Source: Perna viridis (lineage: Eukaryota). From it: a DNA stretch of 64,000 nucleotides. Under the pieces are notes generated by a model. It saw only the letters and a program-made list of their open reading frames with translations, was not told the DNA's origin and did no database searches. The stretch lies in assembly GCA_037379345.1 (NCBI GenBank), contig CM074521.1, positions 6,696,001 to 6,760,000 of the forward strand, read 5' to 3'. Below are positions 1-12,300 of this stretch, piece by piece (position 1 is the stretch's first letter; every line of letters begins with the position of its first letter). A program made the translations under genes and the position numbers.

Positions 1-130
1 CCTTGTGTCCCATCCCTTTTTCATTTTATCATCATTTCATGTTCATTGTATCATCAATTTCATGTTCATCATCTGAATATAGCTCAAATATTGCTGCTTG
101 GACGTTAAACCCCAACAAACAAACAAAAAC
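1..130 (+). mobile_element. SINE family 1, 3' end with (CAAA)n tail
   Basis: Matches the 3' part of the 23565-24058 copy (gacgttaaaccccaacaaac). Confidence 0.85.
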
Positions 131-242
131 TAAACTTTCAGTAGACTTCTTTTAAAAATATGCCATTTGTTCATTTTTTGTAGACCAAGTTCAATGTGTT
201 CCGGTCGGAGCTTTTAACGAATTAATTTATTTAAATACATAC

Positions 243-360
243 ACTGTGAAAGCGTCTCATTAAAGGTACCCTCTCTTACAATACAGGTACTATTGTCACC
301 GTTACACACGCCACATGAATCAAACTCAGACGTACCAGTAGTGTCGTTGCAATCAAATCT
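243..360 (-). CDS. ADAMTS exon 18 (FDC..DSCGVCNGDNSTC, start of spacer)
   Basis: ADAMTS signature DxCGVCxGDNSxC; gtatgt donor. Confidence 0.95.
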
Positions 361-3300
361 CTACAAATTATATGATAATGATAATGTTAGTATGTATATA
401 ATACTTTTGTTGTCGCGAAATAAATACTTAACCAATAGTGAAGGTCTGACTTAAGATTTTTTTTAAGGTCACGAATATACCATAAATGTCCATAAGGTCT
501 TTTTCCCGTACATGTATATTAAAGTTACTGAGAGTTTAACATATATAAATATAAAACAAGGAGATATTGTGTTTGTGTATCTCCATTAAAAGAAAAAAAC
601 AAAAGAAGACTTTAAATTTGATAAAACAATAAAGTATAATAGGTATAGCTTAAAGGTTAAATAATTTAAAATCTGGAATTAAATATAAGAATAACAGGAC
701 AAGACACATAAATTTAACCATTTCTTACTTAGACATTTTATCATCGACAAACGTCAAATATAATTAATTTCCAGGATAAAGGAATTACGCTGGAAAAATG
801 ATTCTTTTTTTTACTTCATAAAAAGACAAATTTCTCCAAACAGCGTTGTACGAAATGTTCAATAAAAACACCAATGATAATTCAAAACAAATAATAAAGG
901 TTAATTTGATATTACATGTACCTGGCCATATCCTTCGAGGCATGCGTAGTAATACCCAGGTCGTCTTGGATACAGATTAGCATCTGCATTAGAGAGAGAA
1001 CCAGAACAAGGCGTACCATTTTCTATCAAACCATATCGATGTTGTGCAGGTGCTGTGTAACCAGGATTAGGTGCGCATTCTACTTCACAATTTCCCCAAT
1101 CTACAATTTTAACAAATAAATTTCCATTTTTAGGGTTTAAAAATTACGATTGTCCTCAGTACCTTGAGTACTTAGTTGTCTTATGACATTGCTTATATGT
1201 AACAAATGTTTTTTTGTTTATTATACAAATTTATTTCAACGAAATATATTCAATTGTACAATTTATTTCTTTGGGAAAATAGCAAGTCACTTAAACATAT
1301 GAAATGTATAAGGACTTCTTTCACGAGAACATAGGATGTAGTTTTGTTTAGAAAATCTGACTTACTGAATGAAGAATAAATTGATCCATTTGCTGAGTAT
1401 ATTGTTCCATTAATGACACCGTTATCGATCATCCTCTGACAAGTTTCACTCGCTCTTTGATAAATGAGGGCCGATGTTGTACCTCTATCACTCGAGCATG
1501 GCTGTACAATATTGTATTATTTGTTTTAATCTTAATTTATTTAATAAGTCATATTTTTTTCCAAAGCATTCTTAATATTTTCTATTAATAACATTTTGGA
1601 GACAAAGAATTTTAAGTTTATCCACTTCATAATTTAATAATTTTTATTATAAATCTTTAAGTTCATTTAAGACCAAAAAAAAGGTAACAATCTTAATAAA
1701 ACTTAAGTATAGTTCTTCCAACAGTCATGCAGAAGAGATTCATCACTTTTCCTTTTCTTTCTTTTTTTTAAATCTCAAATTCTTTGTCTCAAAAGGTTGT
1801 TGTCTTAGTGAACTTTAAAATCATTGTTTAAAATCATTTTCTGAGCCATCCATTGCCGATTTAAAACCACATTTTTTACAATTTGACATACAAATGGTTA
1901 TGCATTACGATGGAACAAAACATCAGTGGGATAAAAGTTGTCCTGTGCCACCCATATCACATGATTGGCCTCGCATGGACTGTCCCTTAAAGGGTTTCAA
2001 GTATATATATGTAGGCTTAAACTGTATGAATGCCTGAAATACATGTTCTTATTTTCTGCTTAACATTAATCGTAAGTTAAAAAAAATAAATTAACGGTCT
2101 GCTTCAAGGAAACGTATTGCCATGAAAACATCTGACGCACAGCACCTACAAAAAGAAAACAGCATACTACTCAAGTATAAGAAATACCTACCGTTGTATT
2201 GCAAGCTATTGCATCAAATTCATTGCCTTCACAACCTGCAGTATTTATTGGGCTGAAAAGTGCAAAAACAAAATTGACCAAAAGAGATAATCAATTACAT
2301 TTTCCGTAGTTTTTACATGAATACTATTATATTTATTTTATCTTAAAATTAATGCATCTTCCATACAAATTAAAGACTTTTAAAAAAAATCGTGTATTGT
2401 ATTTATTGTTTTACTTATTGCTTGGATCTTCTGTACAAGTTTGACTGCTGGATTTACCGATTTCGACTTGTGGCAATTTATTGCTACACATTTGAAATAT
2501 ACCGAAAATAATGAACCGTATTGGAAGCAGGAGGTTTAACAGGCTCAAAACCTGGTTTAAACAACCTTTCATATTGAAATGTATGTGCCTAACCTGGAAG
2601 GCCGGGTAATATTTCGTTCCACAAGTTTCTCTCAAATATAACCTCAGACCTCACCTGTGACGTCTTCTGTGCTTTGATTGGCCGAGCGAATTTGACGTTA
2701 TTTTATTTACTTTTTACGTTCTAATATTCAAATTTAAAGAAAACTACGTTTAATTTTTTTTTCAAATTACTTATCATCTTTAGATTTAAATGCACAATCA
2801 TAAAGCTAATTTACATAATCTAATTTTTGTTTTTATTTTATTTCATTTTATTTTACTCATAAATTGTGCATATCCGTCCGAGGTGACCTGAGTCTATATT
2901 TTAGCGATCCTAGGGTCGCTTATGATATGGAGCGGGGAACCAGATTATGCCTGTGCCTTGTCAGGACTGTTGCAGTGGTTTTCGAACTTTCCGGTTTTTG
3001 TCCTGATATTGCCATTAGTTATACCGACTTTTTTGGACTATTTCCGTGACTACTACAAATATTTTATCAGTTCGGTAATTTTGTTTTACCCTTAATTTAC
3101 ATGACAATAAAATTTAGCAGCGTTGTCATATTAATTCTTATAAAGTGTTCTAGATACACTTTTTGAAAAATTGCATTGCCGCTGTTATTAACTTAGTAAC
3201 AATTAATCATACTCTGTTTACCAACAAACAATTGTGTTCATGGAAAACATCTCACAAAAGTTTTATCTGAAAGTTGACATTATTTTATGCTAACCTCGGA

Positions 3301-6300
3301 TTGTTGCATTTTCGACGTCGATAGTTGATACCCCGCCCACATGTCCGGCTACATCCCATCCATTTAGACCACTCGGCCCAGTTACCATGTCTTATAAGAG
3401 GATCAGTTATTTGAGCTGCTGAGAAATTTTGACAAGACCCATCAAAACATATCTGAAAGCACATGATTTATATGATAGAAATCTAAACTCCAATTAATTT
3501 TAGCAACCGAAAACGTAGATTTGATATGTTCTGTTTCAAAATTGGTTAGAGAAAACGACATATTCGGCTTCATGTAGACTTAATTGTAGATATAAGACGG
3601 GGACAAAGCAAAACAAACTGATAATATGCAAATGTACTAAAAACACACTTTTACAGACAAAAAAAAAAACGAACACACACACACAAAAAAAAACAAACAA
3701 ACAAACAAACAAAGAAAAACACGCCAATAAAATATAAATGAGTGAATTATTAAAAGGTGGGTATCTGTAAAATTAAACATACTTATACACCATACAGTGG
3801 CATTTGTTTTGGCGATTTTAAACTTATTGTTCCTTATTTATTTCTTGGATTAAGTAACATACACCGATGTTAATATGTTTATCTAAGCCTTTATTCTACT
3901 TTTCTGTTTACCATTTATTCATATGATTAATTGGTTTTTTTTTTAATTTTTTGTCCAGCATTCGGCGCTACAAAGTGCTTATTGGTTCACCTTTGTCAGA
4001 GAACTTTGAGTACATATGTAAGAATATTTAAGTTTCGTAGAACATGGCCTTTAAATGATGTCTACAGTCATAAGGCTATTTTTATTTGACCTCATTTAAT
4101 TTTAATTAATTGACCTTACTTTGTTGTCAGCACAGTAGAGCCCATTGATTGAGTTGGTCTGTTTGATCATTCTACCATACAGCGGTCCTTGATTCGTATC
4201 TACACAACTGTGGATGTTACATGATGTAGGCTGAGAAGCATAAGAAAAAAATCCATAAATCCATCTGCACCATCAAAACTTATTTGTTCAACGTGTCCTA
4301 GTCTTACATCCCTCTTTCGTCTACACCGGACTTGATTTTTTGGAGCAACTCTGCAGGTGTTTCTAGAAATGCAGAGGATGCTTACCCTCCCGGTGCACCT
4401 GGTCCATGCTCCAAATTTTTAGTGGAGTCCGAGTTGCTCATTTACTTTTGTTATTGTGTATGTATAATTTTGATTACTTTATGTTCTTTGTTGTGATTGT
4501 TTGTTTTCCATGTCTAGTCTTTGCCCCTGGATTACATTATTTTGCTTCCAGCCAAAAACTTGGTTCCCTTGATTAAACTTGTAATTACATTACTTCCATA
4601 CCTACCGTACATGCTCATTTTTAACGTTCTATTCGGCATGTATTTGAGATGAGGACCATAATTTATGAATCAATACTGTCTGCCTTTAACTTCAAAGTTG
4701 ACTAGGGATGCTTTTTGTCGGCAAAAAGATATATTTACTGCCATGGGTTTAACCATTTTGTATAAATGGAATCAATCCTTGTTTTATAGATATGTTTTGA
4801 ATACTTTGCCTTACAACTCGGTTGTGAAATTAACATGTGCAAACCTTATGCTATAATAATACTTAAAAGAACACTTATTTTTTTGTATATAAATATTCAC
4901 TCTGATGTTACGAATATTTCTTTTTTTTAAATATTGTAAAACACAACCATATACGAATCCTAATGTTTATCATTTAAATGAGAATGCTTCTAATAGAAAC
5001 ACCTACAATAACGTGCGGAAATTCTCGGTATCTCCAACCAGATCCGTACTTAAATTCACAAAGTTCATCGGCAGAATACTTCTGTCCTAGAAAGAAATCA
5101 CACTTGACAATACCACAGATGGACGTCTGCATACATTCATGTACGACCGCTTATATTGGAAACATTGCGAAAGTGTGCAATTTTGAATGGAACCTGGCAA
5201 TGGATTTGTGAGAGATACAATGGTTTTTTTTACATTTTATGATGAATCTTAAGCAAAAATGCCAATGCATAAGCACACTAAAGGCCTGTAAAACGTGGAA
5301 ATGAATGTTGATACAGAACTTGCAGTGTAAGATTAGTAATGGCCTACTGTGTGTTACTTATACCAAGAAGAACAAAATAAATGCATTGCCAGTGTTCCTT
5401 TTTGATGTATTTATTCCTTTAAATCACCGTCTAAAAAGAATTCAAATTATATTTATTTGTGATTATTCACTTGACAATTTATTCAGGTATTCTAGTGGAT
5501 ACACATAAGTGAAGATAAGACATCTGTTTTATCAAACTTTTGTTAAATGCCTGCATTAATTAAAACGTAATAAATAAAGTACGAACCGGGAATTCCAGGA
5601 TCCAAAGCATTATCCGGTAGTTGAGCCGTACTGACTTCATTATCTGGAATATTATTTGTCCACAAACAATCTGCACTTCCTGACCTTAGAACGAAGCATA
5701 TTTAAGGTTAAGTAAACCAAACCAAATTACATTAATAGCAAATATTGGTAATATCACATAGTTTTATGTTTTATTTTTTGAAAATGTATGTCTTAATATT
5801 ATTTCGTTACGAGCGGAGACAGCGAAAGTAAGAAGTATTGATGTTTACGTCAGAATCTTTATTTTGTGTTAAAGCCTACATCATTATTTTGCGCTTAATT
5901 CCACCATTAATGTTCCAATAGATGGGCGAGAGAAACGATTTACATTGCTTTCATTTTATTACATTTTTACTAATTTCGAAATTTTCACTGCAAATGAATC
6001 TTGGTCATGCCGTTAGTAAAAATAATTGTTTCAAGACAGGGGTTACCACGAGAAATAAACAAATCACGACAAAATGCATTTTGTGTACAATTGGGGCTCT
6101 AATTAGATTCAACAAGGTAACAAATAGTATGTGACTTTAGACATACTATGGCTCACACTTCCTTCCCAATGTAAGGTTACGATGGTAAGCTTACTCCTAT
6201 AAAAAGTGAAGAGCAGAGCAAAGAACTATAGCACAAAAGTTTAAAATTCCTATATGTAACGGTACAGAAATCTACCCACTTTAATAAGGTATCCATATCA

Positions 6301-9300
6301 TTTCTACTACAGGTACTCCACCCAGCTCCAGCAGCTCCCATCAAACCGACATCAGGTGACGTACATCCCCGGTCCGAGTCGTGGTACATTCCCAAACTGA
6401 TGATGAGGAAAGTTAATTAAAAAAAAACAAAAAATAAACATCATAGTTTTTCATATTATGTCACTTGAAAAATTTAACGAAAATATAGAAATTTCGAAAC
6501 TTTTCGAGTACAAAATTTAGTAATTGTTCGATGGATGCTCACTTACGTTTAGTTGCTACATGTATGTGCATGTTATTTCTGGTACGATGTGTTCAAAATT
6601 GTGTGTGTACATTTTCCTTGCCTGCCTGTTATCCTTGAATTATGTTCTTTTTGATACATGCAACCGTTCAAATCCTGGTTCAATTGAAATCCCTTCGAAT
6701 ATTTGTTTGTTTTTATGTAAAGCAATCATCATGTAATATTTTCCATACATATACAATTGACTGTGCACAGTACTGAGCCAAAACACGAGCTAACAAATAA
6801 ATAAATAATATATATACTAAAATGTGAGCACATCCTTTTTTAAAGACGTTGTTTTAGAGACATAGTACTTTTACAGATTTAGAGCTATTTTCGAATACCT
6901 ATTTTCAATTTTGTTTTACATAAAACAAATAGCAACCTTACTTATGTCCTAATTCGTGAGCAGTAGTTACATATGTCATGACACCATCTGCCGAAACACC
7001 GCATCTATATTTGGGATTACACACTTTATTCTGCCAGGCAATTCCATTAACGCCTGGGCTTGGGACCCTTCATAAGAGACAAATATCATGAAATAAACAC
7101 CATAAACTCTGACAGCAAACTTGCTTTATGCAACTCGATATCTAGCCACATGCATACTACAATATATCATCTAACCAAGGTAAACATCATATGCATGCTA
7201 TGCTTAAATTGTCTCACAAAATAAATCTTGGAATATAGATTGTTTCTCGCTTCGATGTTTCGGAAATGACTGGAAAAAAATTCAGGAGCTAAAGACTGTG
7301 CACCATGTCTGCATTAACTAAATAATTGGTCAAAAACGAACTCGACAATGTAAAATTGAATTAACAAATGACAAAGTAAATCGTTGCAAAAAGTCCGCTA
7401 TCCTTCGCCTTCATGTAAAATTTACTTACACTATATGTTTTTAAATTATTATAAAGTTCGTTTAACCTGAGATGCATCTGTTCATGATCATGAGGTTTAC
7501 CTTCTCTATATACACATGTATGTGGTCTTAAATTTTGCTAACATTGAATGCATATGTGCATTAGCATAAAGTTCACTCATCGTGCATGCATATGTATATG
7601 ATCATTTAGTTAACTCACCCTGTATGCATATGTATATGGTCATAATTTGTGCTTGTTGTTCCTTCACATACATTTCTCAGAGGAACACCTAGCGAAGACG
7701 ACGTGTTGTACCATAACTATGAAAACAAAATAATCAATCAATAATTACTGGATGTACAAACAGTAAATACAATGTGGATAAGATACAGTATTTAGTTTGT
7801 TTTCAAAATTGATAAATGATGGCTTGTATGTGTTACACATGTATTTAGAATATGCTTGTTACACTTTAACAGTTTCTGTTGTAAATCATCTATGTTAAAA
7901 AGACGGTTGGTTGAAAAAAATAACGGTTGCCGTTCATAGGTAGTTAGCTGAATGCGTCAATCATGATAATGGCATGATGCAATATATTTATTCCATAAAA
8001 AACAATTATTTAATGGGGGAATTCATCAAAAATAAGCAGGTTTTGATTTCTGTTTTTACTTAATGTTTACTTACTGGATTTGTGTCAAAGAACGCCATGT
8101 ATTTTATTGAAATCGTGATATTGTAGTTCAGTTGATTTGATCTACCCCACTCAAACTGCACCTTCAAACAGAAAAAAAGTACTTGATCTACCCCACTCAA
8201 ACTGCACCGTCAAACAGACAAAAAGTGCTTGACCTACCCCACTCAAACTGCACCTTCAAACAGAAAAAATATGCTTGATCTACCCCACTCAAACTGCACC
8301 TTCAAACAGAAAAAAGTGCTTGATCTACCCCACTCAAACTACACCTTCAAACAGAAAAAAGTGCTTGATCTACCCCAGTCAAACTGCACCTTCAAACAGA
8401 AAAAAGTGTTTGATCTACCCCACTCAAACCACACCGTCAAACAGAAAAAAGTGCTTGATCTACCCCACTCAAACTACACCTTCAAACAGAAAAAAGTGCT
8501 TGATCTACCCCAGTCAAACTGCACCTTCAAACAGAAAAAAGTGTTTGATCTACCCCACTCAAACCACACCGTCAAACAGAAAAACAGTGCTTGATCTACC
8601 CCACTCAAAATGCTTCTTCAAACAGAAAAAAGTGCAAATTGTAACATGGGCAGTTCTATTGTGTTTGTTTGTTTGTTGGGGTTTAACGACCGAGCAGCAA
8701 TATTTCAGCTATATTCAGGCGATGAACATGAAGTGGATGATTTAATGAACACGAACTAGTTCGATTGTGCAGAGTAATATTAGATGGATAGAATATGGAG
8801 ACAAGAAAAATAATTAATTCGAAAGAGTGAATAACAAAATTATGATCATCAGTTCCGACGAATTAACGCAATGATATAACAGAATTTGTTCCGTGCGCGT
8901 TAAATCTGTAAGCTATTATGTCTACAGAGAGTGAAATAACTAAAGAACATAATCAATCAGCTGCTTTGGTGTGTACTAATATCGATTATATGACCGTTCA
9001 AACCTTGTACTGGATACCAAAACTTCATAAAAAACCGGTCAAAACAAGTTTTATTTCACCCTTAAACTAGTGTTCTAACACCAATATTTCTAAATAAATA
9101 ACCTGTAATTCAATTACTGTTGACATATTTGCTCAAAGTTTATTTTTGACCTTTCATCAATAGGGGAAGCCTAATAAAATTAGTTTAACCCCGTCGCAAA
9201 ATTTGCATATCCACAGTCCGGAGATTTTGGTCATCAATGAGTCTTCGTGTCGTTATTTCATGTTTAAGTATATTTTAACACATTTCGAAGTCTTACCGGA

Positions 9301-12300
9301 TTGACTACCAACCGAACATTACACCTTCCAACCAAGAGAGTACTAGTATTGAATTAAACAAATCTTGTCCTTCACATTACTTGAACCAAGTTTTCTTATT
9401 CGATAACGTACTTAACTACATATTGAGGTTATAAAACAGGGCATATGCTTCATCATTGAGTTTTAACATGAACTTTATCACTATAAAAATCATTCGGTGG
9501 ATAGAAGACAACAAAACACAGTAACAACTTTACTTACTGCATTATACTTAATCAACATGTTATCAATTCGTCTTGTAGCGTCAGGCGTCGTAAGATCATA
9601 CCCCAGAAAATCAGAATCACAATATACAGCCATTTCTATGTCGAAATCTGTAGACGGTACAGCTCGCTTTTGCCTGAGTCCTTTTTCATCCGGTTCGTTG
9701 ACTATTATATAATCTGAAACAAATATAAATGTCTAAAAACCTCTTTACAGTATTCGTTACAGTTCTAAGAACTTGCACATTCACTGAATCAAAGTCGTCA
9801 CCTTTCTTTTCTTGTATATGTTTTTTATATACAAAAGAGGAAGCTTATCAAACCAGTGCACCTAATTCATCGTATTCAGTGGAAGTATATGAAAATTGAA
9901 TAATAGTAACATTTAAATACATCAAAACGTATTTGTATCAGTTTGACTTTATTATTGATTTTACTGTATTTTTACTTCTCCTTTATTAAAGGAATTGTCT
10001 CCTTATTCAATTAATACTACAAATAGCATCACAAACACATTTTAAATGAAAGTCACCATCATACAGAACAAAATTAATGATTATCTTCATTTTTTAATAT
10101 TTTGTCCTACCAGTATCAAGCATTAATGCTTCCAGTGAGATTTCCCTCGTCTTTCGTGAAATAACAGCATTGTGTCCTCCTGTTGATCTCCTTTTTCTTA
10201 TATGTGCAGGCAATACTTCAAAATGGAGCTCGTGTGTTGGAGTACCAATCATTCCAGTCTACAGTTATATAGATATACACACATTACATATATCGTCATA
10301 AATCCCTCGAAGAAATCGTAATGAGAAATTTTAACCCTGTGAGGCAATCTTTTAGTCAAAAAACAAAAAAAAACTTTTAGTCAATTTAGAAAAGAATATA
10401 ACGCAATTTAAAATTTATTCTGACGAAGTTCACACATTAAATTATAAGCTGGTAGATATCATCAAGCAATTAAAGAATATCAATACTAACAAGTATCAAT
10501 GAAAACTGAATAATTGCTCCTAAATCTGAAATGATCTTTCATATGTCCCACTTTGAATGACAAATTAAAACAAAATATGACAACTGGTCTTTCTTAAGTT
10601 TCTATACAACCTAAATAGGAATAAAAGGGAATCAAGATTCTAGCGGAAATCAAAATAATAAGGGACAAAGACAAGACACGGAAAACACACACGCAACAAA
10701 GAACATAAACTCACCAAAACAATACATAAAATGTAACAAAAGAAAATGAGCAACTCGGACTCCACCTAAAACTTGGATTTTGGACCAGGTGCACCGGTAG
10801 GGAAAGCGTCCTCTGCTTTTCTAGAATAACAGAATTGAGAAAGTTGATACATAGAAAATAATTCTTGAAAAACTAAATCCATGGACGAAATTGTTTAATA
10901 GTAAGTTGGATTGTACATTGAATATGTCTTTTAAAATACATAAGTACATTGAACAGAAAACCTTAATGACAGAGAAATACGAATTAAAAAAAGTAGTTCG
11001 ACATCTAGATCCAAGCAATGATACTCGAATTAATATATTTACTGCCAATATCTTATAAATACGCTAAATTCATAAGATTGGCTTCACATGTTATGAATTA
11101 AGAATGTTTCATTTTCAATGAAACACAATTTCGAGCTGTTTGTATTGGCTACGCCCATACTTAAGTGGACTACTTTTATAGATCATTGTGCATAACCTTT
11201 TTATATGTATATCTTAAATAAAACAGACTAAAATGAGAGAAACGTATGAAGTGTAATTTTGAGACTTGATTAATATGATCAACAATGTATAAAAGATAAT
11301 CCCAACTTACCAATTCAAAGCAAAATGATGCAGAAACAATTCCATTGTGAGAATGAACATCCCCTGTAAGGTAACATTCAGGATGTTGTTCTTCATATTG
11401 AGTTTCTGTTTCACTCTCAATTGTCACAATAGTAGCCAATGGATGTAGCACAGACTTTGAATGAGATAACTGCATTTCGTAAAGTTCTCCAAAAGCTTGT
11501 ATTCTAACGTTATAGAAATCGTTTTCTCTACCTACTGATCTTCGATGTCGATGAATCGACGCTGCATCGAGGCTTAAATAAAGTGTTTTGGTTTATTAAA
11601 AACTAAAAGTAGATACAAATGAATTTCTCAAAACAAACGTGAGATTCCTTTATTAATCTTTTTTTTTTTCATTCTTATCTTTTACATATGGAAATAAAAG
11701 AATATATCCTGTAGGATAAAACATAGAAATGGTTTGTATGACAATAGCTTTATCACACCAGCTTCATCTATGATTTGAATATTACAACATAACAACATAT
11801 AAAGTATTCTTGAAATATGTTTGTAACGAAATAGAGGAAACACTGATGAAAAAATTATAGCCATTTTTCTTATTTATAGTATCTCGTTTTCTACTTGTAG
11901 TTAAATTAAATAAAATGTTTAAACAAATTTGAGTTTACCTTTGTATATCTTTGTCTTTGTAATGTTTGATTGTTGTAAGCTCAAAATGAGTATATCCAGC
12001 TGAAACAAAAAAAAATGTAAGTTTTCTGTTATTGCTTTTCTTTTGTGGTTGATGTTGAAACAGGTTATAATATAATATTTGTCATATTTCTCCTCAGTTA
12101 TAAAATATAAAGGACTACAAAATAAAAGGGCAAGTCATGAAGTAAGGTTGACAATTTACTGATGCCTTTCACAGTACAATTGATAACATATTCTAATTAG
12201 GAATAGCGTTTTTATCATGTTTATCAAGTGTCGCTGTTACTACCTAGACAAAAGAAAAATAAACACAGTACATGTACCGTCTCGAAGTTTTCTTTCTTCA

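Noticed and set aside
8229-8745. Long plus-strand repetitive ORFs (121 and 156 aa); CRISPR-like look of the array
   Set aside because: By-products of the 45-bp period, antisense to the ADAMTS gene; no unique spacers, no cas genes, eukaryotic context.
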